Below are positions 17,120 through 26,252 of a stretch of 64,000 nucleotides of DNA, piece by piece. Within the stretch, counting starts at the first letter, position 1. Each line of letters begins with the position of its first letter. Source of the DNA: Armatimonadota bacterium (GTDB taxonomy: Bacteria > Sysuimicrobiota > Sysuimicrobiia > Sysuimicrobiales > Sysuimicrobiaceae); NCBI GenBank assembly GCA_025060455.1, contig JANXBY010000025.1, positions 4,867 to 68,866 of the forward strand. The letters run 5' to 3'. Below the pieces are notes generated by a model. The model made no database searches, was not told the DNA's origin, and saw nothing but the letters and a program-made list of their open reading frames with translations. The position numbers were made by a program, and so were the translations under genes.

Positions 17120-18520
17120 ATGGGCGATGGGTATGACCTCGTGGTGATCGGAGCGGGACCGGGAGGATACGTGGGGGCCATCCGCGCCGCGCAGCTGGGG
17201 ATGCGGACCGCCATCGTGGAGCGGGACAAGCTCGGGGGCACCTGCCTCCACTACGGATGCATCCCCACCAAAGCGCTGCTGCACGCGGCCGAGGTAGCGG
17301 AGCTGGCGCGGCACGCGGGCCAGGTGGGCGTGCGGGTGGAGTCGGTGTCCGTGGACTTCGCCGCGGTGCACCGCTACCGGGAGCGCACCGTGAGCACCCT
17401 CCACCGCGGCGTGGAGTACCTCATGCGCAAGCACCGGATCGCCACCTTCGCGGGGACCGCGCGGCTGGTGGGCCGCAACCGGGTGCACGTGAGCCTGAAC
17501 GATGGGTCGGAGACGGAGCTGGAGACCCGGAACGTGCTGGTGGCCACGGGCTCTCGGCCGCGCAGCCTGCCATGGCTGGCGGTGGACGGAGACCGGGTGC
17601 TGAGCAGTGACCACCTGGTGTCCTTACAGGAACTGCCCGCCCGGCTGGCAGTCCTCGGGGCGGGCGTGATCGGGGTGGAGTTCGCCAGTGCCTTCGCCAG
17701 CCTGGGAAGCCAGGTGACCGTGGTGGAGATCCTCCCCAGGGTGCTGCCCGGGGAGGACGAGGAGGTGAGCGCGGCGGTGGAGAAGGCCCTGACCCGTAGG
17801 GGGATCCGGGTGCTCACCTCCGCCACCCTGAAGGGTGTGGAGCGCGCGGGGTCCGGGCTGCAGCTGTCCGTGGAGAAGGACGGGAAGGTGGAGGTCCTGG
17901 AGGCGGATCGGCTGCTGATCGCGGTGGGCCGTGCCCCCGTCACCGACGGCCTGGGCTTGGAGGAGGCAGGGGTGGAGGTGGACGGGCAGGGGTTTGTGCG
18001 GACCGAGGGCACCTACCGGACCACCGCGGCCGGCATCTGGGCCGTGGGAGACGTGATCCACGCGCAGCCCATGCTGGCCCACGTGGCCTCCGAGGAGGCG
18101 GTGCGGGCGGTGGAGGACATGGCGGGCCACCCCACCGCTCCCTTGGACTATGACGCGGTGCCCCGCTGCACGTACTCCAACCCGGAGGTGGCCTCCTTCG
18201 GCCTGACGGAGGCCCAGGCCCGGGAGCGCGGCTACGACGTGCGGGTGGGACGGTTCCCGTTTTCCGCCAACGGAAAGGCCCTCATTCTCGGTGAGCGGGA
18301 TGGGTTCGTGAAGGTGGTCACCGACGCCAAGCACGGAGAGATCCTGGGCATGCACCTGGTGGGACCCCGGGTGACGGAACTGCTGCCGGAGGGGATCCTG
18401 GGCAAGAGCGTCGAAGCCACCATCCACGAGCTGGCCGCGGCGGTGCACGCCCACCCGACCCTGTCGGAGGCGGTGCACGAGGCCGCCCTGGACGCCCTCG
18501 GCCGCGTGGTGCACGTGTAG
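17120..18520 (+). CDS. lpdA: Dihydrolipoyl dehydrogenase (E3)
   Basis: GAGPGGY, GGTCLHYGCIPTK redox disulfide, GAGVIGVE, HAHPTLSE; GGAGG RBS before ATG 17120. Confidence 0.96.
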   Translation: MGDGYDLVVIGAGPGGYVGAIRAAQLGMRTAIVERDKLGGTCLHYGCIPTKALLHAAEVAELARHAGQVGVRVESVSVDFAAVHRYRERTVSTLHRGVEYLMRKHRIATFAGTARLVGRNRVHVSLNDGSETELETRNVLVATGSRPRSLPWLAVDGDRVLSSDHLVSLQELPARLAVLGAGVIGVEFASAFASLGSQVTVVEILPRVLPGEDEEVSAAVEKALTRRGIRVLTSATLKGVERAGSGLQLSVEKDGKVEVLEADRLLIAVGRAPVTDGLGLEEAGVEVDGQGFVRTEGTYRTTAAGIWAVGDVIHAQPMLAHVASEEAVRAVEDMAGHPTAPLDYDAVPRCTYSNPEVASFGLTEAQARERGYDVRVGRFPFSANGKALILGERDGFVKVVTDAKHGEILGMHLVGPRVTELLPEGILGKSVEATIHELAAAVHAHPTLSEAVHEAALDALGRVVHV

Positions 18521-18540
18521 GAAGACGGGGAGGGAGCGGC

Positions 18541-19596
18541 ATGAGCGCGAAGGAAGTGCGGGCCGAGGCCCGCCACGTGGAGTTGGGACTCTCCGACCAG
18601 GACGTGCTCCAGATGTACTACTACATGGTCCTGGCGCGCGCCCTGGACGAGCGCATGTGGCAGCTCCAGCGGGCGGGCAAGGCGATGTTCGTAATCTCGG
18701 GGCCGGGGCACGAGGGCGCGCAGGTGGGCATGGTGTGGCCCTTGGATCGGGAGCGCGACTGGTTCGTGCCGTACTACCGGTCCGTGGCCGCGGTGCTGGT
18801 GAAGGGCATGACGCCCACGGACATCCTGCTGGCGGTGCTGGCCAAGGCCACAGACCCGAGCAGCGGGGGCCGGCAGATGCCCGGCCACTACGCGCACCCC
18901 AAGCACCGGATCCTCTCCACCAGCAGCCCCGTGGGGACGCAGTACCCGCACGCCGCCGGGCTCGCGTACGCGGCCAAGGTGCGGAAGACGGGTGAGGTGG
19001 TGCTGGTCACGATCGGCGACGGGGGCACCAGCCAGGGCGACTGGCACGAGGCGCTGAACTTCGCCGCCATCCACAAGGTCCCGTGCCTGTTCGCGGTGGA
19101 GAACAACCGGTACGCCATCTCGGTGCCGCTGCACAAGCAGATGGCCGTCCCCAGCGTTGCCCTCCGGGCGCCAGGCTATGGGATGGTGGGGGCCAGCGTG
19201 GACGGGTCAGACGTGCTGGAGTGCTACCGGGCCGCCAAGGAGGCGTATGACCGGGCCAAGCGGGGCGAGGGGCCCACCCTGCTGGAGTTCCGGGTAGAGC
19301 GCCTGGGGTCGCACAGCAGCGACGACCAGCAGGAGCGCTACCGCCCAAAGGAGGAGATCGAGGCGGCGCGCCAGCGGGATCCCATCCCCAACTTCCGCCG
19401 CTACCTGGAGTCCGTGGCCCTGTGGGACGAGGAGCGGGAGCAGGCCCTGCGGGACCGGGTGCGCCGCGAGGTGGACGCGGCCACCGACGAGGCGGAGCGG
19501 GCGCCGGACCCCGACCCTGCCACCGCCGCCCGGCATGTGTACTACGACCCGGACCCTGCCCGCCCGGTGGACCCGGTGTGGTGGACGGGCCGCTGA
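18541..19596 (+). CDS. 2-oxoacid dehydrogenase E1 alpha (branched-chain type)
   Basis: TPP motif GDGGTSQGDWHEALNF...ENNRYAIS; HSSDD loop; resembles Bacillus BfmBAA. Confidence 0.92.
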   Translation: MSAKEVRAEARHVELGLSDQDVLQMYYYMVLARALDERMWQLQRAGKAMFVISGPGHEGAQVGMVWPLDRERDWFVPYYRSVAAVLVKGMTPTDILLAVLAKATDPSSGGRQMPGHYAHPKHRILSTSSPVGTQYPHAAGLAYAAKVRKTGEVVLVTIGDGGTSQGDWHEALNFAAIHKVPCLFAVENNRYAISVPLHKQMAVPSVALRAPGYGMVGASVDGSDVLECYRAAKEAYDRAKRGEGPTLLEFRVERLGSHSSDDQQERYRPKEEIEAARQRDPIPNFRRYLESVALWDEEREQALRDRVRREVDAATDEAERAPDPDPATAARHVYYDPDPARPVDPVWWTGR

Positions 19597-19607
19597 GGGA
19601 GGACGCC

Positions 19608-20591
19608 ATGGCGGAGCTGCGGTACGTGGACGCCCTGAACCGGGCCCACCACGAGGAGATGGAGCGGGACGAGCGGGTGGTGGTGCTGGGCGAGGACGTG
19701 GGACGGAAGGGCGGGGTGTTCGGGGTGACCCAGGGCCTGTTCGAGCGGTTCGGGGAAGACCGGGTGATCGACACCCCGCTGGCGGAGTCCTCCATCGTGG
19801 GCTGCGCCATCGGGATGGCGTGCAACGGGCTGGTGCCCATCGCCGAGATCCAGTTCGCGGACTTCATCCACCCCGCCTTCAACCAGATCGTGAGCGAGGC
19901 AGCCCGCATGCGCTACCGATCCAACGGCGCCTTCGGGGTCCCCCTGGTGATCCGGGTGCCGTACGGCGGCGCCCACGGCACCGCCCTGTACCACTCCCAG
20001 TGCGTGGAGGCGTTCTACGCCCACGTGCCGGGCCTGAAGGTGGTGGCACCCAGCACCCCCTACGACGCCAAGGGGATGCTGAAGGCAGCGGTCCGTGACC
20101 CCGACCCCGTGCTGTTCCTCGAGCATAAGCGCATGTACCGGCTGATCCGGGGAGAGGTGCCCAACGAGGACTATACGGTGCCGCTGGGGCCCGCGGCGGT
20201 GCGCCGGGAGGGCCGCGATCTTTCCGTGTTCACGTACGGCTGGACCCTGCACGAGGCGCTGCAGGCCGCGGAGGCCGCCGCCCGGGAGGGCATCGAGGTG
20301 GAGGTGGTGGACGTACGCTGCCTGCGGCCCCTGGACAAGGAGACCATCCTGCGCAGCGTGGCCAAAACCAACAAAGCCCTGGTAGTGTACGAGGACAACC
20401 GGTTCGGTGGGTTCGGGGCGGAGATCGCGGCCCTGATCGCGGAGGAGGCCTTCGAGGACCTGGACGGGCCGGTGATGCGGCTGGCGGGCCCGGACGTGCC
20501 CGGGATCCCCTTCGCCCGGCCGCTGGAGCAGTGGTATTGGATCAGCCAGGAGAAGCTCCTGGCCGCGGTCCGGAAGCTGGCCCACTACTGA
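19608..20591 (+). CDS. 2-oxoacid dehydrogenase E1 beta
   Basis: GEDVGRKGGVF, DTPLAESSI, EIQFADF, LYHSQ, FLEHK. Confidence 0.94.
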   Translation: MAELRYVDALNRAHHEEMERDERVVVLGEDVGRKGGVFGVTQGLFERFGEDRVIDTPLAESSIVGCAIGMACNGLVPIAEIQFADFIHPAFNQIVSEAARMRYRSNGAFGVPLVIRVPYGGAHGTALYHSQCVEAFYAHVPGLKVVAPSTPYDAKGMLKAAVRDPDPVLFLEHKRMYRLIRGEVPNEDYTVPLGPAAVRREGRDLSVFTYGWTLHEALQAAEAAAREGIEVEVVDVRCLRPLDKETILRSVAKTNKALVVYEDNRFGGFGAEIAALIAEEAFEDLDGPVMRLAGPDVPGIPFARPLEQWYWISQEKLLAAVRKLAHY

Positions 20592-20598
20592 GGCGCCC

Positions 20599-21768
20599 AT
20601 GGCCACGGACGTGCGCCTCCCGCAGCTCGGCGAGAGCACCTATGAGGCCACCATCGGGCGGTGGCTGAAGTCACCCGGCGACCAGGTGGAACGGTTCGAG
20701 CCACTGGTGGAGCTCATCACGGACAAGGTGAACGTGGAGATGCCCTCCCCCGTGGCGGGACGGCTGGTGGAGATCCTCGCCCAGGAGGGGCAGACCCTGC
20801 CCGTGGGCTCGGTGATCGCGCGGGTGGAGGAGGCGCCGGACAAAACTGCGGAGGAGGAACGGCCCGCGGCGGAGGAGCGGCGGGCGGCAGGCCGGCTTTC
20901 GCCCCTTGTGAGCCGCCTGGTGCAGGAGCACGGAATCACCCCCGAGGAGCTGACCCAGATCCGGGGCACCGGCGCCGGCGGCCGGATCACCAAGCAGGAC
21001 GTACTGGCCTTCCTGGAGCGGAAGAAGGCGGCCGCGTCCGCCCCCGCGGCGCCCGCGGCGCAGACACCCCCAGCCGCCGAAGAGCGGCGCGTGCCGCTTT
21101 CGCCCATCCGCCGGGCCATCGCGGAGCGGCTCACCAGGGCCAAGCGGGAGATCCCCCACGCGTACGGGGTGGTGGAGGCAGACGTCACGGAGCTGGTACG
21201 TTGGTACGAGGCGCACCGGGAGCCCTTTCAGCGCCAGCATGGGGTCCGGCTGACCTACACCGCCCTGTTCGCCCGGGCCGCGGTGGAGGCGCTGCGGGCG
21301 TTCCCCGTGGTGAACGCGCGGTGGGCGGAGGATGCCATCGTCCTGCAGCCGCACGTGAACCTGGGGATCGCGGTGTCCGTGGAGGACGGGCTGGTGGTGC
21401 CGGTGATCCACCGGGCGGAGGAGAAGAGCCTGGTGGGGATCGCCCGGGAGCTGGAGGACCTCACCCGCCGGGCCCGGGAGGGCAAGCTGGGCCTGGAGGA
21501 CGTACAGGGCGGTACCTTCACCCTCACCAACCCCGGTGTGTTCGGCTCCATCTGGTCTCTGCCCATCGTGAACTACCCCCAGGCCGCCATTCTGGCCACC
21601 GACGCCATCGTGAAGCGTCCCGTGGTGCGGGAGGACGCCATCGCCATCCGGGCGGTGATGCACCTGGGGCTCTCGTTCGACCACCGGGTGTTCGACGGGG
21701 CGGTGGCTGTCCAGTTCCTGAACCACGTGAAGGCAAGCCTGGAAGCCGTGGAGCCCGTCACCCGTTGA
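20599..21768 (+). CDS. Dihydrolipoamide acyltransferase (E2)
   Basis: Lipoyl domain TDKVNVEMPSP, E3-binding GTGAGGRITKQDV, catalytic FDHRVFDG. Confidence 0.94.
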   Translation: MATDVRLPQLGESTYEATIGRWLKSPGDQVERFEPLVELITDKVNVEMPSPVAGRLVEILAQEGQTLPVGSVIARVEEAPDKTAEEERPAAEERRAAGRLSPLVSRLVQEHGITPEELTQIRGTGAGGRITKQDVLAFLERKKAAASAPAAPAAQTPPAAEERRVPLSPIRRAIAERLTRAKREIPHAYGVVEADVTELVRWYEAHREPFQRQHGVRLTYTALFARAAVEALRAFPVVNARWAEDAIVLQPHVNLGIAVSVEDGLVVPVIHRAEEKSLVGIARELEDLTRRAREGKLGLEDVQGGTFTLTNPGVFGSIWSLPIVNYPQAAILATDAIVKRPVVREDAIAIRAVMHLGLSFDHRVFDGAVAVQFLNHVKASLEAVEPVTR

Positions 21769-21780
21769 AAGGAGGTCCCC

Positions 21781-22650
21781 GTGGCAGTTGTCCCGCAGCG
21801 CCCGCCCTGGCTGAAGGCCCGCCTGCCCTCCGGCCCCAACTACCGGGAGCTGGTGACCATCCTGCGCAGCCAGCGGCTGCACACGGTTTGCGAGGAGGCC
21901 CGCTGCCCCAACATCGGCGACTGCTGGGAGCGGCGCACCGCCACCTTCCTGATTCTGGGGAACGTGTGCACCCGCAACTGCTCGTACTGCGCCATCGCCC
22001 ACGGCCTGCCCACGGAGGTGGACTGGCGGGAGCCGGAGCGGGTGGCGCAGGCGGTGGCCGCCATGGGGCTGCGCCACGCGGTAGTGACCTCCGTGGACCG
22101 GGACGACCTGAAAGACGGCGGGGCCAGCGTGTTCGCGCAGACCATCCGCCGCATTCGGGAGCTGAGGCCAGGCTGCAGCGTGGAGGTGTTGATCCCCGAT
22201 TTCAAGGGCGACCCGGACGCCCTGCGGACGGTGCTGGACGCGGGTCCGGACATCCTGAACCACAACATCGAGACGGTCCGTCCGGTGTTCCGCCGGGTGC
22301 GCAGCGGGGGCAACTACGACCGGTCGTTGGAGCTGCTGGCACGGGTCAAGCGGTGGGGCTACCCGTGCCTCACCAAGAGCGGCCTCATGGTGGGCCTGGG
22401 AGAGACCTTCGACCAGGTGGTGCAGACCTTGGAGGATCTGCGCTCGGTGGGCTGCGACATCGTGACGGTGGGCCAGTACCTGAGCCCGGGGCCCGGGTAC
22501 GAGCCCGTGCACCGGTACTGGCACCCGGAGGAGTTCGCGGAGCTCAAGCGGCTCGGCCTGGACATGGGCTTCCGCCACGTGGAGGCTGGCCCCCTGGTGC
22601 GCAGCAGCTACCACGCGGACGAACAGGTCCTGCGGGCGGTGGCGCGGTGA
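21781..22650 (+). CDS. lipA: Lipoyl synthase
   Basis: CEEARCPNIGDC, CTRNCSYC, RSSY. Confidence 0.97.
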   Translation: MAVVPQRPPWLKARLPSGPNYRELVTILRSQRLHTVCEEARCPNIGDCWERRTATFLILGNVCTRNCSYCAIAHGLPTEVDWREPERVAQAVAAMGLRHAVVTSVDRDDLKDGGASVFAQTIRRIRELRPGCSVEVLIPDFKGDPDALRTVLDAGPDILNHNIETVRPVFRRVRSGGNYDRSLELLARVKRWGYPCLTKSGLMVGLGETFDQVVQTLEDLRSVGCDIVTVGQYLSPGPGYEPVHRYWHPEEFAELKRLGLDMGFRHVEAGPLVRSSYHADEQVLRAVAR

Positions 22651-23105
22651 CGGGCGCAGAGGTGTGGGCGGACGGGCCCCGCGGGGCGGAGCGGGTGGCC
22701 CCGTGGCGGCTGCGGGCGCAGGTGGTGCTCGCGGTGGAGGGAGCCGGGTGCCACGGCTGCGTGCAGCTGGCTGCGGAGGCGGTCCAGCGGGCGGCGTGGT
22801 GGGCCGGGTGGGGTGTGGAGCTCTTGCTGCTCTGCGAGGGGCCGCCCTTGCCGGTGCCGGCGCATCAGGCCCGGGACCCCAGGGGCCGAACCCGGGGCGG
22901 CGCGGACGCGGTGTGTCTGGTGTTTGACCGGCGGGGCAGGCCTGCGGGCCGGTGGGTCCTCACCCACCCCCACCGGCTCCCATGGGAGGAGCTGGACGCC
23001 CTGGTGCGGTGGGTGGGAGTGCAAGAACCCGAGTGTGGAACGTGTGTGGTGGAGCCTGCGTGGGAGGAGCTGGACAGGGAGGAGTCGGCATGGAAGTCCA
23101 CGTGA
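22647..23105 (+). CDS. Hypothetical redoxin/thioredoxin-fold-like protein with two CxxC motifs
   Basis: GTGA overlap with the lipA stop; VVLAVEGAGCHGC, DPRG, VFDRRG, LPWEEL, QEPECGTC; C-terminal part of track ORF 20661..23105. Confidence 0.65.
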   Translation: MTGAEVWADGPRGAERVAPWRLRAQVVLAVEGAGCHGCVQLAAEAVQRAAWWAGWGVELLLLCEGPPLPVPAHQARDPRGRTRGGADAVCLVFDRRGRPAGRWVLTHPHRLPWEELDALVRWVGVQEPECGTCVVEPAWEELDREESAWKST

Positions 23106-23761
23106 CCACCCGGAGGTTCGAGCTGGGCGAGCACGCGCGAGAGGTGCTGGACCGGTCCGTGGCCAGGTTGCAGCGGCGGCTGCGCCACTTCCGGCCCGAC
23201 CTGGTGCACTTGCAGGTGAAGCTCGAACGCGCCGCGCGCAAGGAAGAGTACACCGGCAGCGCCCGGCTGTACCTGCCGGGGCGGGTGTTGTACGCACGGC
23301 GCAACCGGTCCGCCACCCCGGAGGGGTGGCTCCGGGCCGCCTTCGATGACCTGGAGCAGCAGCTGTCCCGGTACAAGGCCCAGCTCCGGCGGGAGCACGC
23401 CCACGAGCGCCGGCGGGCTTCCCTTTCCCCTGAGGTGGTGGAGGCTTACGAGCGGTCGTTAATGGAGGAGCGGGAGCTGCTGGACCGGGCCCTGGCGGGA
23501 GACCGGGAAGCGTTTGAGCGGCTGGCGGACGAGGATCTGCCCGTGTTGCGCCGCGCGGTGGAGCGCGAGCTGCTGCGTCTGGGGCGGCCCGTGACGCCGG
23601 AAGCGGTCCAGCAGGCGGTGGCGGAGGCGATGTCCGCGGCCTTCCGGAACTTGAGCCGCAAACCCGCCCGGTGGAGCGTGGGCGGCTGGCTGGCCTGGGT
23701 GGCCAAGCGCACTCTGCGCATGGAGCCCGTGGCGGCAGCCACCCGGGGAGGCCGCCAGTAG
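23090..23761 (+). CDS. HPF/RaiA (S30AE) domain fused to an ECF-sigma region-2-like domain
   Basis: N-term MEVHVTTRRFEL...LYLPGRVL...AAFDDLEQQLSRYK; C-term ELLDRALAGDREAFERL...AFRNL...WLAWVAK; GGAG RBS before ATG 23090. Confidence 0.8.
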   Translation: MEVHVTTRRFELGEHAREVLDRSVARLQRRLRHFRPDLVHLQVKLERAARKEEYTGSARLYLPGRVLYARRNRSATPEGWLRAAFDDLEQQLSRYKAQLRREHAHERRRASLSPEVVEAYERSLMEERELLDRALAGDREAFERLADEDLPVLRRAVERELLRLGRPVTPEAVQQAVAEAMSAAFRNLSRKPARWSVGGWLAWVAKRTLRMEPVAAATRGGRQ

Positions 23762-23763
23762 CC

Positions 23764-24777
23764 CTACCCTGCCCGGGCCGCCTCCCGCTCCTTCTTCTCC
23801 ATGATGGCGCTGGAGTGGCCGGGGAAGGCCTTCGCGCCCGGGTTCAGATAGGTGTAGGCGTTATTCACCGCCGTGGCTGCCTCCCCGTAGCCAGTGGCGA
23901 TGAGCTTGAGCTTGCCCGGGTAGGTGGCGATGTCCCCGGCCGCGTACACGCCCGGGAGGTTGGTCTCCATCTTGGTGTTCACCACGATGGAGTCCTCCTC
24001 GATCTGCAACCCCCACTCCCGGATGGGCCCAAGGTTGCTCACCAGGCCCAGAAAGGCTAGCACCGCGTCCACCTCCAGGACCTCTTCCTCCTTCGTGCGG
24101 TTGTTGAAGATCACCGCGCGCTCCACCCGCTCGTTCCCCTCCAAGGCCTTCAGCTCGTAGAACAACTTCACCCTGGCGGACGAGCTCAGGAGCTTCCGCA
24201 CGGAGTCCTCATGGGCGCGGAACTGGTCCCGGCGGTGGATGAGGGTGAGCTCCCGGGTGATGGGCAGGAGGTTGAGGGCCCAGTCGAGGGCGCTGTCGCC
24301 CCCACCCACCACCAGCACCCGCCGGTCTCGAAAGTCCTCCCGGTTGCGGACCGCGAAGAACAGCCCACGCCCCTCGTACTGGTCCAGCTCCGGCCGGTTG
24401 TACTTCTTGGGGGTGAAGGCCCCGATCCCCGCGGCGATGAGGACCACCCGGGTGAAGTGCTCCTGGCCCGTGTGGGTGACCAGCCGGTAGTTGCCGTCCG
24501 GAAGCCGCTCGAGGACCTCCACCCGCTCGTTCAGCACCACCGTGGGGTTGTACTGCATGGCCTGCTCTATCTGGTTGCGGATGAGGTCCTTGCCGAGGAT
24601 CTTGGGAAAGCCCGCCACGTCGTAGATGTACTTGTCAGGGTACAGCGCGGTGACCTGTCCACCGAGGTCCGACTGGCTGTCGATGATCTTCGTCCGCAGG
24701 GCCCGGAACCCTGCGTAGTAGGCCGCGAACAGACCGGTGGGTCCCGCTCCGACGATGGTGATGTCGTACAGGTCCAT
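23764..24777 (-). CDS. Ferredoxin--NADP+ reductase, TrxR-like (YumC type)
   Basis: GAGPTGLFAAYY, GGQVTALYPDKYIYDVAGFP, GGGDSALDW, GKLKLIATG, PGHSS; no CxxC. Confidence 0.9.
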   Translation of the reverse strand: MDLYDITIVGAGPTGLFAAYYAGFRALRTKIIDSQSDLGGQVTALYPDKYIYDVAGFPKILGKDLIRNQIEQAMQYNPTVVLNERVEVLERLPDGNYRLVTHTGQEHFTRVVLIAAGIGAFTPKKYNRPELDQYEGRGLFFAVRNREDFRDRRVLVVGGGDSALDWALNLLPITRELTLIHRRDQFRAHEDSVRKLLSSSARVKLFYELKALEGNERVERAVIFNNRTKEEEVLEVDAVLAFLGLVSNLGPIREWGLQIEEDSIVVNTKMETNLPGVYAAGDIATYPGKLKLIATGYGEAATAVNNAYTYLNPGAKAFPGHSSAIMEKKEREAARAG

Positions 24778-24804
24778 GGTGCCTCCTCCGGGCGTTCTCC
24801 GGGC

Positions 24805-24813
24805 ATTGTAGCA
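24805..24813 (-). promoter_or_regulatory. Extended -10 promoter (TGcTACAAT) for the FNR gene
   Basis: Reverse complement of ATTGTAGCA; GGAGGAGG SD downstream, before the ATG at 24777. Confidence 0.62.
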
Positions 24814-24856
24814 GAGGGTCCTCCAAGCCCGCGCGTTGACCTATGTCAGCGGGCGT

Positions 24857-24886
24857 TTGACACCCGCCCCCGCGGTGGGGTACCCT
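24857..24886 (+). promoter_or_regulatory. sigma70 promoter for moeB
   Basis: TTGACA-18bp-TACCCT. Confidence 0.55.
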
Positions 24887-24934
24887 GCTAGCCGTGGGCG
24901 GCCTGCGGAAGCCTCGCGAGTGCATCTGTCCCCG

Positions 24935-25015
24935 GCGGGGGTAACTCCTCCTTCGGGAGGATTCCCCCGCGCCTCCTCGTTTTCCAGTTCGGATCCACGT
25001 GAGCTCGGGAGAGGC
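24935..25015 (+). promoter_or_regulatory. Structured 5' leader of moeB (candidate cis-regulatory RNA)
   Basis: Hairpin GCGGGGG..TCCTCC-TTCG-GGAGGA..CCCCCGC (24935-24970, cUUCGg loop), then GCCTCCTCG (24971-24979) complementary to CGGG-A-GAGGC (25006-25015), which covers the SD. Confidence 0.5.
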
Positions 25016-25017
25016 AC

Positions 25018-26202
25018 ATGGCGACGGTTCAGGCCCTGACGGAGGAGCAGCTGCAGAGGTACTCCAGACAGATCATCCTGGAGGAGGTGGGGGTCGCCGG
25101 CCAGCGGCGGCTGCTGGAAAGCCGGGTGCTGGTGGTGGGCGCCGGCGGTCTGGGATCCCCGGCGGCCCTGTACCTGGCCGCGGCCGGGATCGGGACCATC
25201 GGCATCGTGGACGGCGACCGGGTGGACCTCACCAACCTGCACCGCCAGATCCTGCACTTCCACCACGACATCGGCCGTCCCAAGACCCAGTCCGCACGCA
25301 GGACCCTGGAGGACGTGAACCCCGACGTGCGGGTGGTCCCCCACCAGACGGTGCTCACCTCCGCCAACGCTCTGGAGATCCTGTCCCAGTACGACGTGGT
25401 GGTCAACGGAAGCGACAACTTCCCCACCCGGTACCTGGTCAACGACGCGTGCGTGCTACTGGGCAAGCCTCTGGTGGACGCCAGCATCCTGCGGTGGGAG
25501 GGCCAGGCTACCACCTTCCTGCCGGGCCGGGGGTGCTATCGGTGCCTGTTCCCGAGCCCCCCGCCCCCCGGTGCCGTGCCCTCCTGCGCGGAGGCGGGGA
25601 TCGTGGGAGCGGTGGCGGGCTTCATGGGCACCCACCAGGCTCTGGAGGTCGTCAAGATCCTCCTGGGGGTCGGCCAGACCCTGGCCAACCGGCTGATGCT
25701 GTTCGACGCCCTCACGGGGGAGATCCGGTTCGTGCGGTGGTCCCGGAACCCAGACTGCCCCGTGTGCGGCGACCGCCCCACCATCCGGGAGCTCATCGAC
25801 TACGAGGCGTTCTGCGGCGTACCCGCACACGACCGGGTCCAGCAGACCCAGCCCCGCCCCCCGGAGGTGTCCGTGGCGGAGGTGGACGCTTTGGTGCGGG
25901 AGGGGGCGGTGCTGGTGGACGTGCGGGAGGCGTGGGAGGTGGCGCAGGCCCACATCGAGGGCACGCGGTGGATCCCCATGGGAGAGGTGGAGTCCCGGGT
26001 GCACGAGATCCCCGCGGACCGGACGGTGGTGGTCTACTGCGCCTCCGGCCAGCGCAGCGGCAAAGTCACCCAGTGGCTGCGGGAGCGGGGCTACGACCGG
26101 GTGTTCAACCTGGTGGGCGGGATCATCGCCTGGCAGAACGCCGGAAAGCCGGTGCGGACCGGGCTCCCACAGCCGCAGGGAGAACCCGCGGGCCGCACCT
26201 GA
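25018..26202 (+). CDS. moeB: MoeB/ThiF adenylyltransferase fused to rhodanese (MoeZ/MoeBR type)
   Basis: RYSRQIIL, GAGGLGSP, NLHRQILH, CYRCLFP, PSCAEAG, CPVC; rhodanese YCASGQRS. Confidence 0.93.
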   Translation: MATVQALTEEQLQRYSRQIILEEVGVAGQRRLLESRVLVVGAGGLGSPAALYLAAAGIGTIGIVDGDRVDLTNLHRQILHFHHDIGRPKTQSARRTLEDVNPDVRVVPHQTVLTSANALEILSQYDVVVNGSDNFPTRYLVNDACVLLGKPLVDASILRWEGQATTFLPGRGCYRCLFPSPPPPGAVPSCAEAGIVGAVAGFMGTHQALEVVKILLGVGQTLANRLMLFDALTGEIRFVRWSRNPDCPVCGDRPTIRELIDYEAFCGVPAHDRVQQTQPRPPEVSVAEVDALVREGAVLVDVREAWEVAQAHIEGTRWIPMGEVESRVHEIPADRTVVVYCASGQRSGKVTQWLRERGYDRVFNLVGGIIAWQNAGKPVRTGLPQPQGEPAGRT

Positions 26203-26252
26203 CACCGGGGCGTCCCGGATCCCCAGCGCCAGCCGGGACCGGGGCCCTCGGG

